Positions 37,801-50,004 of a stretch of 64,000 nucleotides of DNA are shown here, piece after piece; position 1 is the stretch's first letter; each line of letters opens with the position of its first letter. Source of the DNA: Squalus acanthias (Eukaryota); contig CM059443.1 of the NCBI GenBank assembly GCA_030390025.1, positions 22,506,001-22,570,000 on the forward strand, written 5' to 3'. The notes under the pieces were generated by a model, which was not told the origin of the DNA, did no database searches, and saw only the letters and a program-made list of their open reading frames with translations. The translations under genes were made by a program, and so were the position numbers.

Positions 37801-38616
37801 CTATATTGTACACTCTCTATGGCTTTAATGCGTTTTCTATAAGTATCATTTATGTAGGCGAGATATTTTGCTTCTTTACCAGCCTCAGTTGCGGACACAC
37901 ACAAATAGATTGTGGTATTGTAGTAACGAGCCCTTGTAGGCTCTGCAGTTTTACAGCAGTTTTTTTTTGTGTGCCAGCAACTGTTCCGAAATAACCCTAT
38001 CAGAGAGCACACACGGGGAACCAAGTTTCCAGTAAATCCGAAGAATGAGTGCCATCCTCTGGGGAACTGCAGCCTCTTTCTGAGCAGTTCCTGTGTTGCC
38101 AATTTTCTGATCTAAACTGTGTTACAACAGATGCTGACAGATGTGGATGGCAGACTCCTCTCTCGGACGGTTGTTTTGCATTCTAAATCACGTGCGTTTG
38201 GGCAGCTTCAAGTCAGCTCAGCAATCACATTCAGATGTGGCAAAAGAATAGTGTGTGTGTGGGGAAATGGAAACTTCACATCAGTGCAGCAGGGGTTACT
38301 TTACTGAGACTGAAATTGCACCATACTGGCAGGGGTCTTACAATTGTATCTGACCCGACTTTGATATGGTGACTAGTTGAGATATATAGAAAAGCAGTTC
38401 CGTTTCGAAGCACTAGTATTCATCTCTTTAATGAGCTGCTAGTAAAATCTTCACGGAATGCAATTCAGCAACACTTTCACAAGAGATCACGATCTCCCAG
38501 GTCCCCCCCCCCCCCCCCCCCCCTCAGGATCTCAATCTCGTTGGGATATCTCCCAACTTTCTATAGAACTGCTCACAGCAAAATGCAGCTTCCATAGGCA
38601 GCTTCACATTACCTAT

Positions 38617-38833
38617 AACAAAAGCAAAATACTGCGGATGCTGGAAATCTGAACTAAAAACAGAAAATGCTGGAAATACGCAGCAGGCCAGGCAGCATCT
38701 CTGGAGAGAGAGAAACAGAGTTAACGTTTCAGGTCGCTGACCTTTCGTCAGAACTGGAAAAAGTTAGAGATGTAAATGACAAAAGGGATGATGGTGCAAG
38801 GTGAAAGGAGATGGTAATGGGACAAGTAAAGAC
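38617..38833 (-). mobile_element. Penelope-like terminal repeat, left arm of an inverted pair
   Basis: GCGGATGCTGGAAATCTGAA...CAGAGTTAACGTTTCAGGTCGCTGACCTTTCGTCAGAACTGG; inverted homologue at 39745-40080. Confidence 0.7.
38719..38755 (-). ncRNA. Minimal type I hammerhead ribozyme motif, intact core
   Basis: Minus strand reads AGTT-CTGACGA-A-AGGTC-AGC-GACCT-GAAA-CG-TT-AACT: CUGANGA and GAAA boxes, 5-bp helix II, palindromic ACGU helix III, 4-bp helix I. Confidence 0.65.
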
Positions 38834-38836
38834 ATA

Positions 38837-39737
38837 GGGGGAGAAATTCAGTATCGCCCCATTTGGGGCGCAATTATCGGCCGGGCGCAAAGATTAGCGC
38901 CTGGCGCTAATTATCGCCACCGACTGCAAACTTGACTTTTATCGCCCCTGGAGGTGATTGGAGCGCTAAATCAGGCGCTTCACACCTGTCTTAAGGCGCA
39001 AATGCCGAGGAGCGAGGCGCTACCTCAGAGCGCTGGCGAAGCTCATGTGATGTCAGTCAGCAATGGAACACACACACAATGGCACGGGCCAGTTCTTAAA
39101 GGGGAGGGTTGATCTTGCTTTCCATCCACATCCTGCTCATTGAAGCGTTGAATCTCGGCCTGGAGAGACCTGCACATCAAATCTGCTGGAAAGAACAATG
39201 GAGAGTACCAGGCAAAGAGCTCAGAGTGCAGCCCCCACAATCTCTTCTAAATCGATACAAGGAATGGCAAATCAAAATGAACCTGCGAAGTGCTGCTCAG
39301 TACCCAAAACTCCTTCACACAGCGTTGAATCTCTCCAGAAGTCTCTCTCTCTCTCTCTCTCTCTCTCAGAATGCGTGGTTAAAAAATGGCACCAACAATA
39401 AAAGGCAGGAAGCGGTCGCCTTTAAATAACACTCCCCCAGTCCCTTCATGACTGCAAAACGTGCCCCTCAACCTGTCGTTGCTAGCCTCAGGCGGTAAGG
39501 CAGGGGGCGCCACTCAATATCCGCTCCGGGGCGATACCGGGGCGTTGCGCACTCGACTGACGTCACGATCTGCTGGCGCAGGAGATCGTGGCGGTAGTGT
39601 TTAGCGCCGCCGCAAAATGTCTAGTTAATTTCGCGAGCGGCGCAAACATCGCCACGCCTGGGCGCTAGATGCTTTGCACCCCATTAGCGCCCTCTTAAGG
39701 CGCTAACGGGAGGCGCAACCAACTGAATTTTTCCCCC
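38837..39737 (+). mobile_element. CpG-rich Harbinger-derived non-autonomous element (901 bp)
   Basis: TIR GGGGGAGAAATTCAGT / ACTGAATTTTTCCCCC, flanked by TA; many subterminal TTAGCGCC/GGCGCTAA motifs. Confidence 0.8.
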
Positions 39738-39744
39738 TATACAG

Positions 39745-40080
39745 TTTGTCATTTAATCTCTCCTGCCTTCCACCCTATCACAGACCTTCCCTTTTGTTCT
39801 TTCCTGCCCTCCCACCTTTCCCAGCCTCTGCATTTGCTTAAAATCTGTTACATCTCTGACTTTTTCCAGTTCTGACGAAAGGTAATCGACCTCTCTCCAC
39901 AGATGCTGCCGGACCTGCTGAACAATGTTCCCATTGTCCCGCGCAGGCCGTTTTCCGGCTTTACAAAAGGAAAAACCGCAAATTTGAATGGGGCGCGCAA
40001 CCCGTTAAAGGGGCCGCCCACCCAAAAACTATTAAAGGGAACATCGTTGCTGAGTATTTCCAGCATTTTCTGCTTTTATC
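39745..40080 (+). mobile_element. Penelope-like terminal repeat, right arm (hammerhead GAAAC box deleted)
   Basis: TTCCAGTTCTGACGAAAGGTAATCGACCT joined directly to CTCTCCACAGATGCTGCC...GCTGAGTATTTCCAGCATTTTCTG. Confidence 0.7.
39923..40046. mobile_element. 124-bp hAT-type MITE
   Basis: TIR CAATGTTCCC / GGGAACATCG; 8-bp TSD CTGCTGAA / TTGCTGAG duplicating host CTGCTGAG. Confidence 0.7.
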
Positions 40081-40749
40081 CCACATTCCCGATGATTAGA
40101 AACACAGTTTCCAAAGCTGCATACGACGTACAAGATAATGAAATTCTTTCCTCCTAGACAAGCAATGATGCTATAAATCAATTTTACCAGATTGGACTTC
40201 TGACCAGTGTGGTGGGATTCAATTGGTTTTTGTCAAATACCAAATAGATTGTCTGTGATATAATAATGCAATCTTGTATTGCATTAACACCTCCAAACTG
40301 TGAAGTAACTTTTGTGCAACTTATTTATGATGATCAGAGATGGGCAGCATTGTGGGGAAGCAGGCAGCTTCACCTCAAAACTAAAACCCGCCTCCAGATA
40401 GATTTGTGTATTGTCTCAATTTCTCGCACACAAAGACAGAATCATTCTGAAAGCAGCTTAACAGGCTGTTATTTTAATTTCACAATATCTAGGCCTAGCT
40501 AAAATTTCACACCAAAAAAATATTGAGAGATTTTACAGTTTGAAGTCAAATGCAGCTCGGCTTCCATCGTACTTACACGTATTGGGGGTAATTTTAACTT
40601 TTGGCAGGTAGGTTGTGAAGAGAGAATAAAAAGGTAGAAGATGGAAAAAATGTTCATGTCATATTTGTACCCCACAGAAGTATTGGCTTTATTTTTTATA
40701 GCAATTAATACAGAGGGCATATTTTCACTATTTACATGGATATGAAGTT

Positions 40750-40958
40750 AAGAACATAAGAAATAGGAGCAGGAATAGACCATTCGGCCCCTCAAGCCTG
40801 ATCCGCCATTCAATAAGATCATGGCTGATCTGATCTTGGCCTCAACTCCAATTTTCTGCCTGTTCCCCATAACCCTTGACTCCCCTGTAGTTCAAAAATT
40901 TGTCTATCTCAGCCCTGAATATATTCAATGACTCAGCCTTCACAGCTCTCTGGGGTAG
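40750..40958 (-). mobile_element. CR1 3' end
   Basis: AGAACATAAGAAATAGGAGCAGGAATAGACCATTCGGCCCCTCAAG, same as the 8123 tail. Confidence 0.85.
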
Positions 40959-41063
40959 GCTGAGTTGTGCAAGACAGTTTTACATGTACGTATTCCTGTG
41001 TGTGCTTGCAGCACTGCTTCCAGGCAAATAATGAGATACATACCTACTTCCACTAGAACACTA

Positions 41064-41838
41064 GGGGGCGATTTTGTGACTGGGGGTGCGCTGGAGGCGG
41101 GACTGCTGCTTGTCAGGTCGATGTCCCGCCTCCATCGATTTGTGGCCAACCCACGCTATTTTCCCTTGATTGACCTTGTTAAGCCCGCCCAGTGGGCTTA
41201 GCAGACCAATTAAGGGAAAGCCGGTTGCAGAGCACGTCAACGTATGACGTTTCATCTGACAAAAATTTTTGACAGATGAATTGTCATCATTTGACAGCTC
41301 TGTGAAGCTGTCAAACAGTGACATTCTCTGTAGTTTGATGAGGTCTTGCATACAAGACCTCGTCAACCTTCTTTCTTTTACAGAATTGAGGTGGTTGTTG
41401 CATCTAAGAATGCAACGGCCATCTCTCATCTGCAACATGGAGGTCCGAGACTCTCCGCATACAAACCGACTGAAGCCTGCAGGAAGAAACAAAGGTAAGT
41501 ACACTTTTAAAAACTTTGCACTTGCCTCAGATACTCACCTCTACACTCTTGCACCCATCACTTACCTTCACAGCACACTTTTGCACCCCCCCCCCCACCA
41601 CCCCCGACCCCCGCAGACCCAGTACTCGCCTTGCTGAACTGACAGGTTTTGGAGCCTTTGGGAAGCCTGCACTTGTGAGGGCAAAAAGGGGATAATCCTA
41701 TTTTCTGCCTGTTAACTACCTGGGAAGATGGCATGGAGGCGGGTTGGGGGCGGGTTGGGCATCCGCCCCCAAATTCTGCCATTTTCCTGGCAGTCCCGCC
41801 TCCATACCTGCCTCCCCAGGGCTGGCAAAATCACCCCC
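41064..41838 (+). mobile_element. Harbinger-derived non-autonomous element related to 1583-2459
   Basis: TIR GGGGGCGATTTTG / CAAAATCACCCCC in CTAG context; shares CCTTGTTAAGCCCGCCC.GTGGGCTT and TTTTGACAGATGA with the 1583 element. Confidence 0.78.
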
Positions 41839-42316
41839 TAGGGATTCAACTGGACCACCATCATTGCTTAGTGTGCTGGAATGAATGCCTTATTAAACAA
41901 GTGATGGAGTTTAAATCACCACTTCCTCTCATACACCAGTGCCATTGGTAATGCGGTCAAATCACATATGAATTTGCCTGCTTTGCTTGTATTCCTCTAC
42001 TTAAATCATTGCTGCATTATATTTGCAGCAATAATCACCTGGGCAAGAGGGAAAAGAGCTCCATGTTGCTCTGTCACAGCTACCATTTACTACAGGTGCG
42101 GATTAACTCTAAAAGGCAATGGAGAATCTTGGAACTTGTGTGCGATCTTTTCCACTATTAGTGAGATTAGGCTTCCACTCACCTGATGTTGCTGGCAGCT
42201 GGGTATTTCTTTCCACTGGCTGACCCTGGATCCCTGTCTTCAGAGGCCATTTACTGCAGTGGTTGCTCTCCACTGTAATGAGGGAGGAAGGACGGACTAG
42301 ACCGGGAAAGGCTGCT

Positions 42317-42635
42317 CCCACTAGTTGATGGTACAAGGACTAGGGGACACAGATTTAAGGTTTTGGGCAAGAGATACAGGGGGGATGTGAGGAAAAACTT
42401 TTTTACACAGCGAGTGGTGATGACCTGGAACTCGCTGCCGACGGAAATGGTGGAAGCGGAGACACTCAATGTTTTCAAGGGGAGACTAGGTAGGCACTTG
42501 AGGGAAATAAATTTGCAGGGCTACGGGGATTGAGCGAGGGAATGGGACTCACTGGATTGCTCTACAGAGAGCCGGCACGGACTCAATGGGCTGAATGGCC
42601 TCCTTCTGTGCCGTTATGACTCTGTGACTCTATGA
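42317..42635 (+). mobile_element. CR1 3' end
   Basis: TRTRGHRFKV...KNFFTQRVVMTWNSLP coding remnant and tail (GACTCTAT-like)n. Confidence 0.85.
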
Positions 42636-43431
42636 TAACTGACATCGAATCACTTCAGCCACTCTCAATATTATCATTTTATTTTGGACTCTGGCTTGAT
42701 TTTACAAAACAGTTATGAGAAAGATAAACACAATCAACAGCAAAACATTTTAGAGAATTCACCAAAGGAATCTAAACAGAAATGGAGTTTATAAGACAAA
42801 ATACAAGTGAATTATCGGTACAATTTATTTTCAGAGGTATTAGAAACATACGCTGATATTATAAAATGCTGGACTCACAGAAACAATTCTCTCCAAAATC
42901 ATTGTATGTTTGCCTGGTAACCTGAAGCATTATCAAAAATTCTAAACAATTTCTTGATTAGGAATGATCTCCACATTGATTCAAAGGTATAATTATAGGG
43001 ATGCAAACTGGCATTAAACTGCAAACTTAATAAAAACTTTCCATTTCAAAATAAATCTCTTGAAATATAAAATAAAGTTCAGCTCTATATATGTTCTCTG
43101 TTATTACCACAGCTTCCGGTTTGACTCTGTTAACCTGCTTTGGGGCAGTGCAGACAAACAGCAAGTACACTGCAGCTACTGTTACCTGCTTTGGAGCAGT
43201 GTAGGCCGGAAGCACCAAGTATACTGCAAGTACCTGTTTGACTCTGGTACCTAATCTAGTACAGTGCAAGCCCTGTAGTTTTCCATTGCCAACTGCAGAA
43301 CAGTTTGGGCAAAGTTGATCTCTGCTATGTGCTTAAATGGTTGTGCTTCATGCCACTTAAGGTGCTGGCTACATTTTTTAAGTTAATGAAGAACAGACTG
43401 TCCCGGCAGTTAACATTAACATTGCTACTAC

Positions 43432-43792
43432 TACAACAACTTGCATGTATATAGCTTATATATACTAAAATGTCCCAAGGCGCTTCACAGGAGTGTAATC
43501 GAGACAAAAATTGACACCGAGTGAAAGAAGGTGACATTAGGACAGGTAACTAAACGCTTGGTCAAAGAGGTAGGTTTTAAGCAGCGTCTTAAAGGAGGAG
43601 AGAGAGGTGGAAAGGAAAAGAGGTTTGGAGTGGGAATTCCAGAGCTTAGGACCTAGATGGCTGAAGACATGGTCGCCAATAGTGAGGCGAAGCAAGTGGG
43701 GAATGCACAAGAGGCCAGAGTTGGAGGGACATCGAGTCCTCGGAGGGTGGTCAGGCTGGAGGAGGTTACAGAGATAGGGAGGGGGGGGGCGA
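43432..43792 (-). mobile_element. L2 LINE 3' end
   Basis: GDHVFSHLGPKLWNS...SLSSFKTLLKTYLFDQAF in ORF 43537-43944; L2-type tail TGCAAGTTGTTGT. Confidence 0.8.
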
Positions 43793-46700
43793 GACCACAT
43801 GCAAACTACAGGGCTGATTCTGTGCATCAGTGGGATGTGCATGATGGGACATTGCAGGCAGACAGCCTGTGATTTTCTGAATTTTAAGGGCAAGAAATCA
43901 CAGGCCATGCGTGGAATTTCCAGCCATGCGCGCCCCTCGAGCACTGCTCGCCACTAGGAACAAAGGAGAGTGGAATTAGCTCACATCAGTACAAAGCCTG
44001 TAGTGTGACTGATCCCTTAGAGATTGGTCTGTAATAAATAGCAAAATAACAACGTGCATGATACTGAAATTAGTGTCGTTTTTAAGTGCAATTGGTAAAC
44101 CTTTTAACAATATTCTACGATGGATTTCTCAGCACTGCCTCTGCAGCTGTGGAATACGAGTCTGTTCTTACTACAATGGGAAGATGGCACAAAGCTTATT
44201 AAAGTTAACAAGGAGCAGTCAGCAGTGATTGCATCGCTGAAACCACTACACATCACATCAGATTGCTGATAAATACTCTTCTGAGGCCTCTTGAAATGAT
44301 GTCTCACTCAAAATTGTTTCTCCAACAGCCTTCGCCAATCAATTATTTGGGTTGGGCAGCAAGTTTGTTAAATATGGTGGAATTGTCTGCTGCACCACAG
44401 TAAAATATAAGCCCACAGGCCTCGAAATTACACTGTGTGATAATAGTGTATGAACACTTAATGTGATTATATGTAAACCTCTTTGCCTGCTATTTTATAC
44501 AGATTCTTTCACAGTAATCACATGCGATTTATCTAACATTTTAAAAACAAGGAAATCAGCTAAGTGATCAGCCACATTTAATCCATTGCTCAGTAATTCA
44601 GTTTAAATAATGGGAAGTTTCTGAGACACACTGCGATGTAATACATAGAGCTGATAATCCCAGTTCATGCTGATGGCAGGAACCTCACATGATGACTCCA
44701 CATATTGGAAAATTATGGTTGCCATTTTCTGTCTGGAAAGGGCAGCAGGCCCGTGATTTCCTGGAATGTGTGGCTAGCAGACTAGGCCCTGCACCAGCAG
44801 CACAAACTCAACATAAAAAAGTGGCCTATCTCTATTTAGAGCACTTATAAAAACATGCATGACAGTCCAGTTTATATGAACTTCACATGTGAACCTTTAT
44901 TTTGACAGCAAATTTTAGCTCAATGTAACCTCCTCTGTAACAAAGTTTGCTGCACTTAAACAGTACATTTATTGTGCGAAGCACTTTGAGAGATTTCAAT
45001 GAGCTATATAAACACAAGTACTTCTTTCTACAAATATTGCAAAAGAGTAATCTAGGCCGGGGTGCTCGACCTGAGGTCCTTGGCCACAAGTGTCTTCAAG
45101 CCCTGGCAATCCATCCCTCAAAGCCCAATCAACTCAGTCCTATTTGTTCTAATATTTCTTATTTGCTGGCTTGTCCTGTTTGAATTCCCTGGGCCTGGAG
45201 GTTGTAAAGTGTTATATTTAGTGTTGTTGCCTCTTTGGAAAGATAAATCTTAAATGAGAACACCAAGATCTTCCAGTATCAGCAAGTTGAGATAGTAACA
45301 AATTAATGGGAACATTGATTTAAACTTTATAAGTGGCCCAAGGCTCTCTGGTAAGCTATGGTCCATTGGTCAATGAGGACAAAAGCTTGGACATCCCTGA
45401 TGTGGCAAAAAAAAAACCCAGGAACATACAACCTAAAGTATCTCCCTCAAAGAAAGGAACTTGATTGGCAGCAGCAGAAAATGGTTTTAAAATCTCAGTC
45501 ATTTATTTAACAGAACTATTTACTCAAGTGGAGTAGACATCTTCAAAGTATAATGACCAATTACACTTTATTTTCTTCCACATAAATATGGGAGTAGACA
45601 TTATGATAGGGACTATTCTCATACCGATTACTGCCTGCGATAAAATAGAGCACAGAGAAATTTGGTAAAAGTGCGTTAAGTGTTTGTATAAGAACAGCGC
45701 AGATCATAATTTCTACCCATGGAACTGTTGCACATTCCTCATTGTCTTGTCACAGTGATAATCTACTTTCAGACAAAATACGCTGGCCGTGCTTCATCCA
45801 AACATATCTCCAATCTACATCTGATCGGGACGTGATAACATTTGTGAAAGGCCATATATTCATTGAATGTCTGCAGTAAAATCATGCTTATTTCAAACAC
45901 ACTGAATAAGAGTATAAAAATATCAAAAATACAATATGTACAAGTACAGCCTCTGTGTAATGGAGTCTAATGGCATTATTGAAAAATAATATGGAGTATT
46001 CTGATTTTTGTCCTCTCACACAAGACATCACATAAAGGTGAACAACAAAGCGTCCACCAGCCCTTACTCCAGTCTGCAGATGGTAGATCTTGCAGGCTCA
46101 GTATAGTAGGTCTGACCATGTCAGGAATGGAGGGGAAGAGAGATCAGAATAAATTTGATTTCAGTGTCAGGTTTCAAGTCTAACCAGATAGGAATTTTGT
46201 GAATTCTGAAACAAATGGCCATTTGCAACTATTCGGATTTGAGGATGGGGGTGTTTAAGTTGGTCAATTAATTGAGACCAGCAGTGGCCGAATCATGCAG
46301 AGGCACTTTGGTTCTGGAATAAAGGGAGGGTCCCTTCCTAACACCTAACTTGCTTTACTCAAATGGGAGTGAGATCATTTTCCTTCTCTGGCCCTCAAGA
46401 GTTAGCACCATTGATTAAGGCTGACTGTATGCTGGAGGTTATAAGATTTTCTTTGGAACACATGAGGCCAGACCAGGCTGCAGATCAATGAAGCTCTGGG
46501 AACATTACAAAATTATCCAGTGTATAGCTTGCTTTTGTTCTCCTGTGCTAACCTTGGGTTCAATAATAAAAAAAAGTTGATTTGGATTCAACATTCATGT
46601 GAATCCATTATTGAAGCTTCCAAAAGAACAGTGCTTGAGGCATATAAATCACCCGAGAGTATATGGTAGAGCTTAGACTCATCATTTACTATGTAACTCC

Positions 46701-47162
46701 TTCAGGACAGAATATCCTTTGGAACTCCAATCACATCATTTTAACCATATAATAATTTGCAAAATAACTACCTTGCTGGCTACTAATAGGGATGAGTGTT
46801 GAATTGAACTCAAGTCTCAAAGTGACTTTAATTGGTCCAATTTGGGTTATTCCAACTCCTAATAAAAAGGTAGCATGCATGTGCAAACTGCAATGCTGAA
46901 CACCAATTTTTGCTGAAACCATAGCAACGAAGATAGACACCATCTGAATAAAATACAAACTATTAGCAATCAAGTGATGGGAGGGACAGTGGGAGGGTAT
47001 GAATCGCCGACTCCTGGCAGTCTAATGCACAGTTGCATCTGATTACTCAAGGAATAGCAGGAAGTAAGTGCCTGATCTGTGGTACCAGAGGAGGAAAGTA
47101 TGCATCTAAACCTTGTTGATTTAGTTAGTGTAGGTGTTGTATTCAACCTCTAGTGTTTAGTG

Positions 47163-47968
47163 CAGTGTTGTCCAATACATTAGCCATTAGCCACGTGTGG
47201 CTAATTGGGAATCCAGATATAGCTAATTGAATTTTTGATTAGCAAGTAAAAAATGAGTAATAGACAATTATCAATCTCAATATTCACTCACATGGCCTAT
47301 GCATGTGTACTTTATAACATTTTTGTGTGTTTGTTGGTAAAAAGGTAAGATGAAAAGCAGAGTGTGCGAGTGTTTATTGATCGTTGTGTGTGCTTTACTT
47401 CCTTGGTTACTGATTATTGGTTATCTGCTAAAATGGAGCGTGACGCGGATGAAAATGCTGAACTTCAGCACCATGGAAACACCAGCAGCATCGTATGGAG
47501 AGAGGAGCTGTCATCGTGATCGGCGCGACCAATCAGAATAACTGCTCCAGGCCAGCAGAAGATAGCAAGCCCAACCAATACCAAGCGGCTCCAACAGAGC
47601 ACACCATGGCAAAGGTCAAGCAGCGGAGAGCAGGGGCCGGTCTGGCGCCTCTTGTTGTGCGAATCAACGTTCTCAGTAATCTCTCCGATGACGTCAAAGT
47701 ACCGCTCGCAACGGCTGGACAAAACACTCGAAGCTGCACTAAGATGTGAGGTGTCTGATCAATTCACGTCAGAATTCCAAACTTTGGAGAAAGAGAAAGT
47801 CTGCAGAGTTTTGCACTGAATGGTGGTAAATGCTTGTGAAGTAAATAAACATGTGAAGTGCCTGTATTGAATGTGAGGCATTTTCTACTAAAATTAGTGC
47901 ATGTGGCCGAAACGGTGTCGCCATGGCCACGCCTGTGGCTAGTCAGCGATTTCTATTGGACAGTACTC
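47163..47968. mobile_element. hAT-Charlie (MER3-like) non-autonomous element
   Basis: TIR CAGTGTTGTCCAATA / TATTGGACAGTACTC, subterminal AGCCAC..GTGGCTA, decayed 8-bp TSD GTTTAGTG / TTCTAGCG. Confidence 0.7.
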
Positions 47969-48086
47969 TTCTAGCGAGGAATCGGTCTGCATCTGACATT
48001 TGACAGTCTGGCAGAGTTATGCGTGTCACGTTACTGGGGTTTATTGGGTGATATGTGTTTTGATGCTCTCGTGAGGGTTAATCCCT

Positions 48087-48230
48087 GGGCGATTTTAACC
48101 TAACCCGGGAAACTAATGGGATCAGGTGCAGTGCTGGTTTTGCACCCCGCCCGATTTTATTCTCCATTGAAATCAGTGAAGTGTAATATTGGGCGGGGTG
48201 TAAAACTGGCGTTCCACTGGCCCTCTTAAT
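48087..48230. mobile_element. Fold-back MITE (family shared with 58094 and 63418)
   Basis: GGGCGATTTTAACC end; CACCCCGCCC/GGGCGGGGTG arms around CCATTGAAATCAGTG. Confidence 0.6.
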
Positions 48231-48730
48231 CTCTTTGGGTTATGCATCCAACCTCAAGCATTGTAATTGGGGAGGTGGGGAGGGTATGTCCGATCGCTGC
48301 TGGTGCAATAGCAGATTATGATGGCCCTCTCTATTCCTGGTGGTCTAGTGGGGGTACGGCCTCACGTTCGTTATGTGTGGAGACCTGAATGGGCTTTGGT
48401 TTTCAGAAACCAAACAAAGAAATCCAATCACTGATCCCTTACTCCACAGAACAAATTTAAAAAATGAACAATACAAAGAAAACCTCTTATTGGATTTAAA
48501 TAAATTGGAATAATAGAACGTGTTATACGCAGGCACTAACAAATCAGGAGGGAAAGGCACTCTGTTTCATTCAAGACAAACTGTTATTGTGGGTCTAGCA
48601 CAGTCCTCAGTCAGTCAGAATCCTTCCGTAACCTGATATATTTTGCATATTTACCAGCATGGCCCATGAAACAGTATCAGAACACTTTCCAGCATCTCAG
48701 TAAAAGCATGAAATGAAGTGTGTGACGACT

Positions 48731-48970
48731 TTAGAATCTTTCCTGCGTCCCATCCTTTCCTTCTTTGGGCACAGTTTGAGCACTGCTGTTCGTATTTGCT
48801 CCTGAAGCTGGCCTTTTCTTCCGTATGCTTGCTCCTGAGGTAATGAGGTCAGCGTACCCTTTGTCCTGTGAAAAGGCATAGGCCGAACGGCGTTGTGTTG
48901 AATCTCTTCTGAAATGAATGGCCCTATTGTTTGACGTTTGATCACCTTTGTTTGGATCTTCATAAGTTGC
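48731..48970 (-). CDS. ATP8B3: ATP8B-class terminal exon with C-terminal autoregulatory tail ([35 protein letters not shown]...ERF*)
   Basis: Acceptor tatttccag, 240 nt to TAA; conserved RRSAYAFS and GYADLI.SG motifs. Confidence 0.9.
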   Translation of the reverse strand, partial: ATYEDPNKGDQTSNNRAIHFRRDSTQRRSAYAFSQDKGYADLITSGASIRKKRPASGANTNSSAQTVPKEGKDGTQERF

Positions 48971-49594
48971 CTGGAAATAATCAAAAAGATCAACATTTAG
49001 TGGAAGAATTAGCATTCCCTCTCGTGTATCCATTTAGGTTACAGTTCATGAATCTTAACTCATTAAAGGCTGGCCCTTATTCACTACGAATCCTGTGTGA
49101 AGTATTGACGCGCTCTGTAGGGCTGTGGAAAATGGCTTTAAGGCACGAGGGGTCATTATCAACTTCACCACAAGAGCAGTAACCTGGTGAGGTGGATCGC
49201 GAGCCTGTTGTAGAACCCGGCAAATTGCTCTGCCAGATTACCACCCAGGCATGGGCTGCTGGCTATATGTATCCTTCCTCCTTGCATTTTCTTCCATAAG
49301 ATCAAGCTGTGACTTTAGTCTACTAACTTAACGATTAGATCACGAGGCTTGCTGCAGCTCCACCTGGCATTGTTTTTTTACTGGGAAACCCCACAATGAA
49401 GTTACCATGTCACAGCAAGATTGCAGCTCAGGGAATCTTTTTGAAAACCGTGCAAAGGTATTTTTTTTTTTTTTTTTACAGACTTATTGCAACAGAGCAC
49501 CAATTAATGTTTGTATATTTTATTCATTTTTATTCTCACGGATTCCCATTTCAGAACTCTAACTAATGGCATCAAATGAATCCACGATACATAC

Positions 49595-49955
49595 AAAGTT
49601 CTTACAGGGCTTGACAGGGTAGATGCAGGGAGGATGTTTCCCCTGGTTAGGGAGTCTAGAACCAGGGATCACAGTCTCAGAATAAGGGGTCGGCCATTAG
49701 GACTGAGATGAGGAGACATTTCTTCACTCAAGAGGGTGGTGAATTCTCTACCCCAGAGGGCTGTGGAGGCTCAGTCATTGGGTATATTCAAGATAGAGAT
49801 CGATAGTTTTTGAATATTAAGGGAATCAAGGGATATGGGAATAGTGCAGGAAAGTGGAGATGAGGTAGAAGATCAGCCATGATCTTATTGAATGGCGGAG
49901 CAGGCTCGAAGGGCCAAATGACCTACTCCTGCTCCTATTTCTTATGTTCTTATCT
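49595..49955 (+). mobile_element. CR1 3' end
   Basis: Highly similar to 9295-9667; tail TTCTTATGTTCTTAT. Confidence 0.85.
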
Positions 49956-50004
49956 TATGATACCAGGATTCACACAAATCCCATTTCATATCCCGTTTGA
50001 TAGA

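Noticed and set aside
39868-39900. Third intact hammerhead
   Set aside because: CTGACGA is present but the GAAAC box and cleavage site are deleted.
42824-42829. Poly(A) signal for the flippase gene on the - strand
   Set aside because: Plausible, but other AATAAA exist closer to the stop (for example 48040-45); it cannot be chosen without transcript data.
43125-43235. Degenerate ~50-bp tandem duplication
   Set aside because: Only two diverged units with no evident structure or function.
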